Source of the DNA: a virus
Strand: one strand, 5' to 3'
DNA length: 64,000 nucleotides
IMG/VR virus record: IMGVR_UViG_3300021092_000008
Shown here piece by piece: positions 24,969-35,100 of this stretch (positions within the stretch are counted from its first letter, which is position 1; each line of letters opens with the position of its first letter). Made by a program: the position numbers and the translations under genes. The notes beneath the pieces were generated by a model. It saw only the letters and a program-made list of their open reading frames with translations. It did no database searches and had not been told where the DNA came from.

Positions 24969-25010
24969 CCCCCTGACCCTGTAGACTAACCACACACACA
25001 CAGACACCAC

Positions 25011-25211
25011 ATGAATTTCGCAACCGCCACCCCCGAGCAACTCACCGCCGCTGGGTTCAAGTTCAAGACCGTCCGCCCCCGCCGCCCACGTAAGGGTGAG
25101 TTGATCTGTGAGATGGTCAAGTTCAGCACCAAGCGAGGCAGTCAGCAGTGGCGAGATCGTGCTCACATCGCCTCTCCCAGCGCCTACGCTGTTGTGATGG
25201 GCAACGGTTGA
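25011..25211 (+). CDS. Small basic protein (66 aa)
   Basis: Last module ORF; follows a CA-repeat leader. Confidence 0.65.
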   Translation: MNFATATPEQLTAAGFKFKTVRPRRPRKGELICEMVKFSTKRGSQQWRDRAHIASPSAYAVVMGNG

Positions 25212-25393
25212 TCCTAGCACACCCCCAGGGGGGGCAGTGGTTTGCCCCCGCCCCCTAGGTGGGCGGCGCGCCGAGCGGGTCCCATATTTGACCCTCTCTA
25301 ACCTACAAAAGTATCCAGACGACCGAAATAAATAACGATAGGATCCCTAATCCAAAAAATTTCCGCCACAAAAAAATCACCCCAAAAGTCGCC

Positions 25394-25642
25394 ATGAAAC
25401 AGAAAGTAACTTATAAGACTTCAGATGGTACTCTAAAGGAACAATTCTTTGATAACTTCAATGAGTTTGCCGATAGCATGGAGTCCATTGCTGATCAATA
25501 TTATACTGGGTTAAACGCCCCTCAAGTCAATGTAGACACCATCTACGATGATGGTCTCATTAAAAAGGAGAATGTAACAAATGTGGAATTACGAGATGGA
25601 GGAGCGCCTGAACTCCTTAACGAGATTGGTCAACAGTTTTAA
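25394..25642 (+). CDS. Hypothetical protein
   Basis: First ORF of the late block; ATAAATA at 25328-25334. Confidence 0.6.
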   Translation: MKQKVTYKTSDGTLKEQFFDNFNEFADSMESIADQYYTGLNAPQVNVDTIYDDGLIKKENVTNVELRDGGAPELLNEIGQQF

Positions 25643-25784
25643 AGAAAAACTCGACCAAATACCAATGCCTTTTAAATTTATGTACAAACCACCTAATCGA
25701 GAAGAGCATATAAATCTTGTAGAATATTTAAACGAAATTGATAAACGATTAAAAGAGGTAGAAGATAAATGCCGCTCCTTGTAG
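25581..25784 (+). CDS. Hypothetical coiled-coil protein
   Basis: MYKPP..E.HINLVEYLNEIDKRL; start uncertain. Confidence 0.55.
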   Translation: MWNYEMEERLNSLTRLVNSFKEKLDQIPMPFKFMYKPPNREEHINLVEYLNEIDKRLKEVEDKCRSL

Positions 25785-26143
25785 GTCCAACCACTCCAGA
25801 TACAACATCAATCAATGGACCGTGTACATATCCAGCAAAACCTGTAACGTCACCTTACCAATCACCAAATGTGTATATTAACAAAACACAGGTAAAGTTT
25901 ATACATGCAGCGTTACCACCAGATACTGTTAATGGAACACCAAACAATCCATTAATTCCCTGTGTGGTGCCTGTAGCAGGCAGGAAGGTAGTTACGACTG
26001 TTAATACGAATGTATACATCAATAAACTTTTACCAGCGGTACAAGGCGATGCTACAGAATTAACATCATTTCCAGGTACTAAGAGATTATTTGTTGCTCC
26101 TTTTCAGTACCCTACCGTAATTATTGCTAATCAAAAAAAATAG
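25769..26143 (+). CDS. PAAR-like baseplate spike-tip protein (gp5.4-like)
   Basis: Repeated SPNVYIN / TNVYINKLLPAVQGD motifs with Cys/His; lies upstream of gp25. Confidence 0.55.
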   Translation: MPLLVGPTTPDTTSINGPCTYPAKPVTSPYQSPNVYINKTQVKFIHAALPPDTVNGTPNNPLIPCVVPVAGRKVVTTVNTNVYINKLLPAVQGDATELTSFPGTKRLFVAPFQYPTVIIANQKK

Positions 26144-26176
26144 TGGTATAATTAGAAAGTCTTAACGAGGTAAATA

Positions 26177-26320
26177 ATGGCAAAGCGTCCGTCATTCACA
26201 ACTAAGGTTGTTATCGAATCCAAACCCAAGTGTACTCGTCAGGGTATGGGGAAACATACGAAATATGCTGCTACGTCCCGTAATGGCGCTAGAAAGAGGT
26301 ATCGTGGGCAGGGTCGCTGA
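26177..26320 (+). CDS. Small basic T4-like phage protein (47 aa, not in track)
   Basis: GAGGT SD; MAKRPS...KPKCTRQG.GKHTKYAATSRNGARKRYRGQGR. Confidence 0.7.
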   Translation: MAKRPSFTTKVVIESKPKCTRQGMGKHTKYAATSRNGARKRYRGQGR

Positions 26321-26732
26321 AGATATTAATGAATGGATAAATAACGTTACAAGACCACAGGAGGCGCTTGGAGGGTTTCCTGTATGTCCATATGCTGCTA
26401 AAGCGACTTATTGTATTAAAGAATGTACTTTGAGCGATGTCGGTCCTGTTGAAGGGGTTGATATCGCTATTTTTGTAGTTGGGGATTGTGAAGTTTGTCA
26501 GATGATGCAGCGTTGCTCTGAACTCAACATGATTTATAGAGACTATATATTTTTAGACGACCATAGCTCTGAACCATCCTACATTAATGGGGTTCAGACA
26601 AACTGTGCAAAGCATAACGTAATTATAGTTCAGCGACGTGATGACCTTTTGGATGCTAGAAGTCATTTAAGCAAAACAGAATATTATCAGTATTGGTCAA
26701 AAGAGATGTATAATAGAATAGTCAAGGGATAG
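26304..26732 (+). CDS. Hypothetical protein (CPY-motif family)
   Basis: EDINEWI..VTRPQEALGGFPVCPYA...L.KTEYYQYW; start uncertain, since the track start 26208 overlaps the previous gene. Confidence 0.6.
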   Translation: MGRVAEDINEWINNVTRPQEALGGFPVCPYAAKATYCIKECTLSDVGPVEGVDIAIFVVGDCEVCQMMQRCSELNMIYRDYIFLDDHSSEPSYINGVQTNCAKHNVIIVQRRDDLLDARSHLSKTEYYQYWSKEMYNRIVKG

Positions 26733-26773
26733 TAACCCCTTTAAAAGTTCTGTTTACTTTACGGAGAAAACAG

Positions 26774-26953
26774 ATGGCAAAGTATCAAGTAGATCGTGAT
26801 GTTGAGTTTATGAAACAAAATTGGGGTACAAATCGGTTAATTACCGATTATGTGTTAGATTCAAAGGTCAACACACCTCCAACTGATAGGTATTCTAGAC
26901 CTTGTGGAGGTAGAGGCGGATTTGATGATTATGTGGAAAGATGGCATCAATGA
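26774..26953 (+). CDS. Small hypothetical protein (59 aa, not in track)
   Basis: MAKYQVDRDVEFMKQNWGTNRLITDY...; its SD sits in a hairpin. Confidence 0.6.
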   Translation: MAKYQVDRDVEFMKQNWGTNRLITDYVLDSKVNTPPTDRYSRPCGGRGGFDDYVERWHQ

Positions 26954-26979
26954 CCATAAATAAATAAAAAACTCCCATA

Positions 26980-27375
26980 ATGCCTGAGTTCCAGACTTTT
27001 AAAGATCTGAATATCACATTTAAGCCCCATCCTGTAACTGGTGATCTCACCATTAAAAAGGATGAGGCTGATATTAAGCAGGCAATTACAAATTTGTTAT
27101 TGACAATTAGGGGAGAAAGAGTTTTCAATCCAGATATAGGATCGGACTTATCTAGATTATTATTTGAACCATTAGATGCAGCAACAATAACATCAGTTCA
27201 AACTGAGATTGCTAGTACGATTAGTAATTTTGAACCTAGAGTACAAATTGACGAAATCACTGCAGATATTGATTATGATAATGATGGGTATAATATAGAT
27301 CTTATTATGAGTATTATTGGCAGAGAAGATGATCCCCCAATTCAAATACAATTTTTCTTAGAGAGAAGTCGATAA
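26980..27375 (+). CDS. gp25: Baseplate wedge subunit gp25
   Basis: FKDLNITFKPHPVTGDL...AITNLLLT..GERVFNP.IGS...LLFEP...FEPRV; late-promoter-like ATAAATA at about 26956. Confidence 0.92.
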   Translation: MPEFQTFKDLNITFKPHPVTGDLTIKKDEADIKQAITNLLLTIRGERVFNPDIGSDLSRLLFEPLDAATITSVQTEIASTISNFEPRVQIDEITADIDYDNDGYNIDLIMSIIGREDDPPIQIQFFLERSR

Positions 27376-29175
27376 ATGCCATACACTCAGGTTTCTAATC
27401 TAGACTTTAATGATATTAAAGTAGCGTTAAAAGATTATTTAAAGACACAATCTGATTTTACTGGTTATGATTTTGAGGGTTCTGTATGGAACACTCTTCT
27501 TGATGTGTTGGCATATAACACATACTACACGGCATTCAATACCAACATGGTAGTGAATGAACTATTTTTAGATTCTGCCACATTAAGAGATAATGTTGTA
27601 GCAATTGCTAAGCAGTTAGGATACACACCAAAGTCTGCTATTGCTCCAGAAGCAAGAGTTAATTTCCAGATTAATTTTACAGGTACAATTCCAACTACAA
27701 TCACCTTAAAGAAAGGAACTGGATTTACAACCATTTATGATGGTGATTTATATGAGTATGTTACCGTTGATAATATAACCGCTCCAGTTGTAGCTGGGGT
27801 TGCCAATTTTACAAATGTTCCAATTTACGAAGGAACTATTGTCACAAATTCATATACTATTAACACATCACTAAAAAGTCAAAGATTTATTATTCAGAAT
27901 GTGGGATTAGATGTATCATCTATTCGTGTCAAAGTTTTCGATACAGTTTCTTCGACAGCATATAAAACTTTTGAATATTCAAATAATATCCTTGATGTCA
28001 ATTCACAATCACTTGTTTTCTTTGTAGAAGAAATTGAAGACGAGAATTATGAAATTTTCTTTGGTGATGGTGTAATTGGAAAGAAATTACTTAATGGTAA
28101 TTTTGTTGAGGTTACATATTTACTCACAAATGGTTCCGCCACAAATGGTTCTAGACAATTTACATTTGCTGGCGTGTTACAAGATATTGATGGACTAACT
28201 AATTATCCATTTACAGTGACAAATGTAACTACAGCATCGATTGCTTCTGGCGGAGAAGAAGTTGAAAGTATTTCTAAAATCAAATTTAATGCTCCAAAAT
28301 ATTTTGGTACACAAGATAGAGCAGTTACGGCACAAGATTATGCTGCTATTGTAAGAAATATATACCCATCTATTTCTGATATTATCACTTATGGCGGAGA
28401 AAACGAAGTACCACCAGAATATGGAAAAGTTAAAATTGTTATTAAACCAAAAAATACCGCTTCACTATCGGTTCTAACAAAAAGAGATCTTACAGAAAAA
28501 TTAAAATCTTACATGGTAGGATCTGTGATTCCAGAAATTGTAGACCCATCTATTCTTTATCTAGAATTAATCAGTGATATATCTTTCAGTAAATCAAGAA
28601 CAACTCTTTCTGCAGCAGAAATTAAGAAAAAAGTTATTCAAACTATAGAAAAATATCTTGCTCAATCTGAAGTAGAAAAATTCAATGGTAAATTTAGATT
28701 AAGTAAAATTATTGGAACGATTGATAATACTGACCAATCAATTAATTCTAATAATACTAGAGTCATAATGAGGAAGGATTTTTATCCTGCTCTCAATTCA
28801 ACATTTTATTATGAGTTATGCTATCAGAATGAATTTGATTATGATTGTGATAGTCCTGCTGTACAATCAACTGGATTTGTTGTTAGTGAGTATCCCAACT
28901 TCACTTGCTATGTTGAAGATATGGATGGTGTGATTGTCCTATATAGATTGGATTCTCTAACTGGCGAAAAGATTGTTTTGAATGATTCTTTAGGTAAAGT
29001 TGATTATATTAAAGGTGAGGTGATGATGTACAATTTAACTATCATTAAAGGGTCTTTTGATGACAATAGAATTGAATTGAGAGTTAGACCAAAAAATGGT
29101 GATATTAATGTTTTAAGAGAAGCTTATATTGATGTAGATATTGCTCAAAGTAAATTTACGGTATATCCAGAATAA
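27376..29175 (+). CDS. gp6: Baseplate wedge subunit gp6
   Basis: LDFNDIK..LK.YL....FTGYDFEGS...LLDVLAYNTYY; QDRAVTAQDY; PPEYGKV. Confidence 0.93.
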   Translation: MPYTQVSNLDFNDIKVALKDYLKTQSDFTGYDFEGSVWNTLLDVLAYNTYYTAFNTNMVVNELFLDSATLRDNVVAIAKQLGYTPKSAIAPEARVNFQINFTGTIPTTITLKKGTGFTTIYDGDLYEYVTVDNITAPVVAGVANFTNVPIYEGTIVTNSYTINTSLKSQRFIIQNVGLDVSSIRVKVFDTVSSTAYKTFEYSNNILDVNSQSLVFFVEEIEDENYEIFFGDGVIGKKLLNGNFVEVTYLLTNGSATNGSRQFTFAGVLQDIDGLTNYPFTVTNVTTASIASGGEEVESISKIKFNAPKYFGTQDRAVTAQDYAAIVRNIYPSISDIITYGGENEVPPEYGKVKIVIKPKNTASLSVLTKRDLTEKLKSYMVGSVIPEIVDPSILYLELISDISFSKSRTTLSAAEIKKKVIQTIEKYLAQSEVEKFNGKFRLSKIIGTIDNTDQSINSNNTRVIMRKDFYPALNSTFYYELCYQNEFDYDCDSPAVQSTGFVVSEYPNFTCYVEDMDGVIVLYRLDSLTGEKIVLNDSLGKVDYIKGEVMMYNLTIIKGSFDDNRIELRVRPKNGDINVLREAYIDVDIAQSKFTVYPE

Positions 29176-29180
29176 ACTAG

Positions 29181-32100
29181 ATGTCTGCTAGAACAAGAAC
29201 AATCTCGACTCTAGTTGAGTCACAGTTACCATCATTTATAGCAAATGATTACACACAATTTTCTAAGATCGTAGAAAAATACTACGAGCAGTTAGAAATA
29301 AAAGGTCAGCCTTTAGATATTATAAACAATATCACTAAGTATCGTGATATTAATTCTTACGAGAACGACTTACTACAGCAAAATACTACTCTTCTATCCA
29401 GTATTGTAAGTACGGATACAACTATTAATGTTGTTTCAACCAAATCTTTTCCCGATAAGAATGGTTATATTCAAATTGCTGGAGAAATTTGTTTCTACAA
29501 AGAAAAAACTGATACTGCCTTTTTAGAAGTCTCTAGAGGTGTTAGTGGAAATACTACTTTAGGTGATCTGTATAGAGAATCAGAATTTGTAACTACACAA
29601 GCTGCTCCCCACTATCAAGGAGATGTAGTACATAACATTAGTAATTTATTTTTATATGCTTTAGTAAAAAGTTTTGAAAGTCAATATCTAGGAGCATTTC
29701 CAGAAAAATATTTAAAGCAAGAAGTAGATAAAAGAACTTTAATAAAGAATATTGGTAAATTTTATAAGTCTAAAGGCACAGAAAAATCTATAAAATTTAT
29801 TTTTAATTCAATTATATCTCATGATATAAACGAAAAGGTTTCTGTTTATAACCCAAAAGATTTTACTCTCAAGGGATCTACATCAGATTGGACTTCAGTA
29901 TACTCAATTAAAGTAAAAGTATTATCTGGGGATATTCAAAAATTAATTGGCAATAAGATTAATCAATTACTAGATGATTTTGATAAATCCATTTCATATG
30001 CTTCTGCTGTTGTAGATAATGTGATTTATGCTGGTAAATCTGACAATGATGATATATACGAATTAATTTTACAACCATTATCAGTAAATGGAAATTTCAA
30101 TGTATTTTCTAAAACTACATTAAGATCTAATCTAAGTGCTTCTTCTACAACTGGAGATAGAGTCGATGTATACTCAACAAGGGGTTGGGGCAAGCAAGGA
30201 AAATTATTAATTGGATCTGAAGTCATCACATTTACACAAAAAAATGTAAATCAATTTGTTATTAACAGTAGAATTAATCCACAAAATCATAATATTAATA
30301 AAGTAGTTTATAATTATTCGACGTTAGTTGGTACACATGATTCTGGTATTGTAAATTTAATTTCAGTTGGTATTGTATATAATTTACTACCAAAAGAAGG
30401 ATATCCATATTCTGAAACTGGAGATCAGTTACAAATTTCTGATCCTGGATTTACAACAAGAGATACTGTTATTTTTGATGCTCTACAAAATTCTATTAGG
30501 TGGAAAGTAAATGATACTGCTACGAAATTTATATCTGCTTACCCATCTATCAATTCTCAAGTCAATGATTTAATTTCTGATGTTTCTGCTGTTTATGAAG
30601 ATGATCAGTATTATTACATATGCTCATCTAGTTTTCCATCTTACACAAACATCTTAAGGAACGATTTAAATCTTGTTTTAGAAGATCAAAAATTATTAAA
30701 ATTAATTAGAAAACGTCCTATTATAACAACAGAAGTATATTCAACTGGAAATAGAGATGTTGGTATTCTTATTGATGGTACACCAGCGTTTGGATATAGA
30801 GATGAGGAGTTTATCAAATATGGAAAAATTGTCAATGTTAATCTAGATTTCAAGGGTAATGCTTATAAGGCAGCACCATTTGTTTTAGTAAATGGATTGC
30901 CAAATAAAGCAAGATCAGTTTTGTCTGGCGAAACAGTTGATTCTATCATTATTGATACCGAAGAAAATTTTACCAAAGATCCTGTAATTACTATTACTTC
31001 AGGTAGAAAAGCAAAATTATCTGCTGTTGTCACCAACGGAAAAATTACTAGTATTAATATTGATGATCCTGGTGAATATTATTCTTCTCCACCAATTATA
31101 AAAATATCTGACGATCTAGGTAAAGGAAACTTTGCCGAATATGAAGCTATATTATCTCCTGATGGCAAAATTGAATCTTGTAAGTCAATTAATAATGGAA
31201 GATTTTATACAAGAGAAAATACTAGGGTAACAGTTGAACCTGTTGGTACTGGAGCTCAAGCAACAGCTTTAATCAAAAAATGGGTTAAAAATAGATATAA
31301 AAAAATTTATGATTCTTTGGATGTTAACAATGGATACGCTTTTATAAATTATGATCCAACAAAAAATTATGGATATGGATCTATTGCTAATCCCAAATTA
31401 TTGAGATATAGAGTTAATGATAATATAACTGCTGGATTTGATCAAACAAATACTCTAGTACATTCACCTATTTTAGGATATGCTTATGACGGGAATCCAA
31501 TATATGGACCATACGGATATTCAAATCCAACTGATTCTGGATCATCTGTAACACGTTTATCTAGCGGATATCAATTAATTGCTAGTAGAGAAAATGGTCC
31601 TAGCATTACAGATTATGAAATGGGAACATTTATTGATGATTATGTTTGGTTTCCTAGTGTAAATTCTGGAAAAACAGAATTAGATCAAAATAATGGAAGA
31701 TTTTGTGTCACACCAGAATATCCAAAAGGTGTTTATGCTTACTTTATCACAATCGATTCACAAAATACTCCAGTTTTTCCTTATATTTTAGGTGATAATT
31801 TTTACTCATTACCTGTAGATTCTAACTACAATTCAAAGATTTTACAAGATGATTTACCATTAAATGTCAAGAGATTAAAAACAAATTATTTTGAGAGCAA
31901 TGGAGAAAATTTATATACTTTTATACAAGATGTAAAAAGTGGAAATATTTCTTCTGTTCTTATAGAAAATTCTATTCCAAATTTTTCCGTCAACAATTCT
32001 TTGATTATTGACAATAATTTTACTGAAGGATTTGGTGCCACTGCTAGTGTTTCTTCTGTAAAGGGAAAAAATGTTTTATCTATAGAATCAACCGAAACTA

Positions 32101-35100
32101 AAGCGGTACAAATAAACATTAAAGGAAATGCTTATTTGTTTAATGGTGATACTATAGAGCAAAGAGATAGCACTGGTGAAGTTTTAGCAGCAGGAACTTT
32201 AATTGGAGATGTATTCAATGATAAAGCTTTTGTATTAAGAGACTGTGAATTTGCTGTCACTAATACTTTAAAATCATTTAATACTACAAACAAACTATTT
32301 TCTGAAACTAAAGTCATTAATATAATCTTAGATAAAAATGCTAGTTTTACTAAGGGTTCTATAATTACATTAACAGATGGCGAAGATAAAGAAGATTCTA
32401 ATATTGCTACTGGAGAAGTTTTAGAAGGAACAAATAGACAAAACTCATTAAAAATTAAAGTAATTCCTTTACAAGGATATACAACAGATTTTATTGTAGA
32501 TGATGATTACTTTTTAAAAAGTAGTAATTTAAATGACACTCCTAAAGCTAAAATTTTAAATATCTTTTCCTTAAGCGAAAACTTAGAGATTTTTAGTGTA
32601 GACGATAAAATAGCAATCGTCAATACAGATCAACCACACCAATTAGCAGTAAATGATAGAATTAATATTGATATAACTCCAGATGATAATTTAACTGAGA
32701 CTGTTTATTATGTCAGAAAAAGATTATATCAATCAGCAATTTTAAATGAAGTTTCACATTCTTCTATTATTAAAGATACTGGGATAGGAAATTTCACTTA
32801 TTTAAATACAGGATTAGATTATCTATCAGACACTTATACTGATGTAGAATTAATTTTCCAAGATCAAACATTATCTAGAAAAAATATTGGAAAACCAGGA
32901 GATCCATATAACGCTAAAGCAACAGTAGTTGTTACGCCAGGTGGTTATGGTGGTATCCAAAGTATTACATTCACAAACAAAGGAAAAAACTATAGAAGAG
33001 GTGATCGTCTAACTATTCCAGATGACATTTTATTCAGATCGAATGGTTCTATTAATAATCAAAGAATTTTAATAGAAGTTGATCATGTTGGTTTAGGATA
33101 TGATAACACATCATTACAGTTAGATAATGTTTTAAATCTTTCAAATGATGATTACTTACTCATAGGTGAAGAGATTGTAAAAATTACTTCGGTAGACACA
33201 AATAATAAAAAAGTATCTATTCTAAGAGCACAGTTAGGAACTACCCCAGTCAATCATTATGATGGCAAAGAAGTTAGTTTATATAAAGGCAATTACAGAT
33301 TCAACGCTGGATATAGACCATTTGGTGATGATCAAAGTAAACCATTTTATATTTCATATAACAATACAGATAAAGAAATTTTTGTTTCTTATCAATATGG
33401 TATTGAATCACCAATTATTTTATTATTAAGTTCTACTTTTTATGATAATAGTATTCCAGCAAAATTAGTTACTTTAAAAACTACTTCAAGCCCAGAATAT
33501 CAATTAGAATTTTCTAGAGATAATATATCGTTTGTAACAAATCCTATTATTGATGTACAAAAGTATTACAAATATAAATTTGATACCAGTCATTACTCTA
33601 TGCTTGGTACATATTTAGATTTTTCTGCTAGCGCCAATTATAATATTTTTACTGAAGAGAAATATACAAATAATATTTCACCAGGAAATGCTGGATCTTT
33701 TCTTTCGGTAAAATTTGGATTTGGTCCAAGTATTTCTTTAAATTCGTATGAAGATAAAGTGCCTTTGAATTATAGTGCTTTCTTTTATTTTATTAAAGCT
33801 TCAAATAATGTAAATACCAAAAATTCTTATTTAAGAATAATAAATGATCCTTTAATTGGCGAAAAAATTATAACATACACTACGGATAATAGATTTGTAT
33901 ATTCATTGTCAAATATTCCAGCTTATGATGGAAGTGGAAATATTCGATATACTACATCATCTGAATATGCCATAGGAAAAATTAATAGCATCAAAATTTT
34001 AGATACTGGTTCCAACTATAAAAAAATTCCTTCTGTTGTTGGAGTTGTCCCAACTAGTTCAAAAAAAGCAGAAGTTGAAATTTCTTATGACTCAATCAAA
34101 AAACAAATTTCTGGTGTAATAATTAATAATCAAGGACAAAATTATTCAAAACCACAATTAGTTATTACTAATGGTGATGGTACTGGTGCTAAATTTGATA
34201 TTATCACATTAAACGGCAAAATTAAAAATGTTAAAGTAACTGATAGAGGATTAAATTATTCTTACAAACCAACAGCAGAAATTATTGAAACAGATGTAAA
34301 AATTTACTTGAGCTCAAATAATATTGGCATTCCACAAAATGTAAAAATTATCCAGAATGGAGTATCATTTAATAATGACAAATCAACGTTACCATCCTTC
34401 AAATCAAATACAACATTAGTTTTAAAAAATATTGGTGACAAAGAATTTAGTGAAGGGGAAATTATATACCAACCATCAACAAAATCTAGAGCTAGGGTAT
34501 CTAAAAATGGGTGGAGGTCAAGAACAAATTTATTAAAAGTTGATAGAATAGATGGCATATTTGTTTCTGGCGAATCAATACAAGGTCTTTCTAGTAAAAA
34601 TACAGCTGTAATTGAAAATCAAATTTACACTGAGTTTGTTCCACAAATTCAGACATCATATGATAACTTAGGATATTATGCTTCTGACAGAGGAAAATTA
34701 AGTACAAACTCCCAAAAATTAACTGATTCTTATTTTTATCAAGATTATTCTTATGTAATTAAATCTAGAACTCCTGTTGATGTTTGGCGAGATTTAATTA
34801 AACAAACTACCCATCCAGCTGGATTCCAATTATTTGGTGAAGTTTTAATTGAGTCTGCGGCTTCTACTAGAATGCCCACCAATCAAAAAGTAATAGAATC
34901 ATATAGTTGTATATCTTTACCACCAATTTCTTTAACTGTAGTAACAACTAAAAAGCAAATCACAACATCAACTTTATCTGTCGATAGTTTAATTGTTGAG
35001 AGAGGTATTGGATCTATATCCGTAGATACGTTTGATTCTTCTGAATTATTTGCTAGAGAAATAGGATTGCTTACTCCATTTAATGGTGACTTTAGTAATG

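Larger units (their letters stand above)
15573..25010 (+). repeat. Dispersed family of about 15 palindrome-promoter-leader modules
   Basis: 22-bp degenerate palindromes start at 15573, 16257, 18257, 20417, 21191, 21436, 22301, 23120, 23480, 23730, 24010, 24218, 24512, 24728 and 24931. Each is 29-31 bp from a -10 box (for 20417 this is the minus-strand -10; its plus-strand -10 is 41 bp away). Confidence 0.85.

Noticed and set aside
21191-25010. CRISPR array interpretation of the recurring repeats
   Set aside because: The repeats are degenerate and contain promoter hexamers. The intervening segments are 150-800 nt intact ORFs, not uniform spacers. No cas genes.
23100-25220. Track ORFs 23263-23490, 24461-24787, 24190-24711(-), 24807-25220(-) and the 5' extensions at 23515, 23711 and 24035
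   Set aside because: They cross promoter modules. The alternative short ORFs begin right after the conserved leaders, and high GC inflates spurious ORFs.
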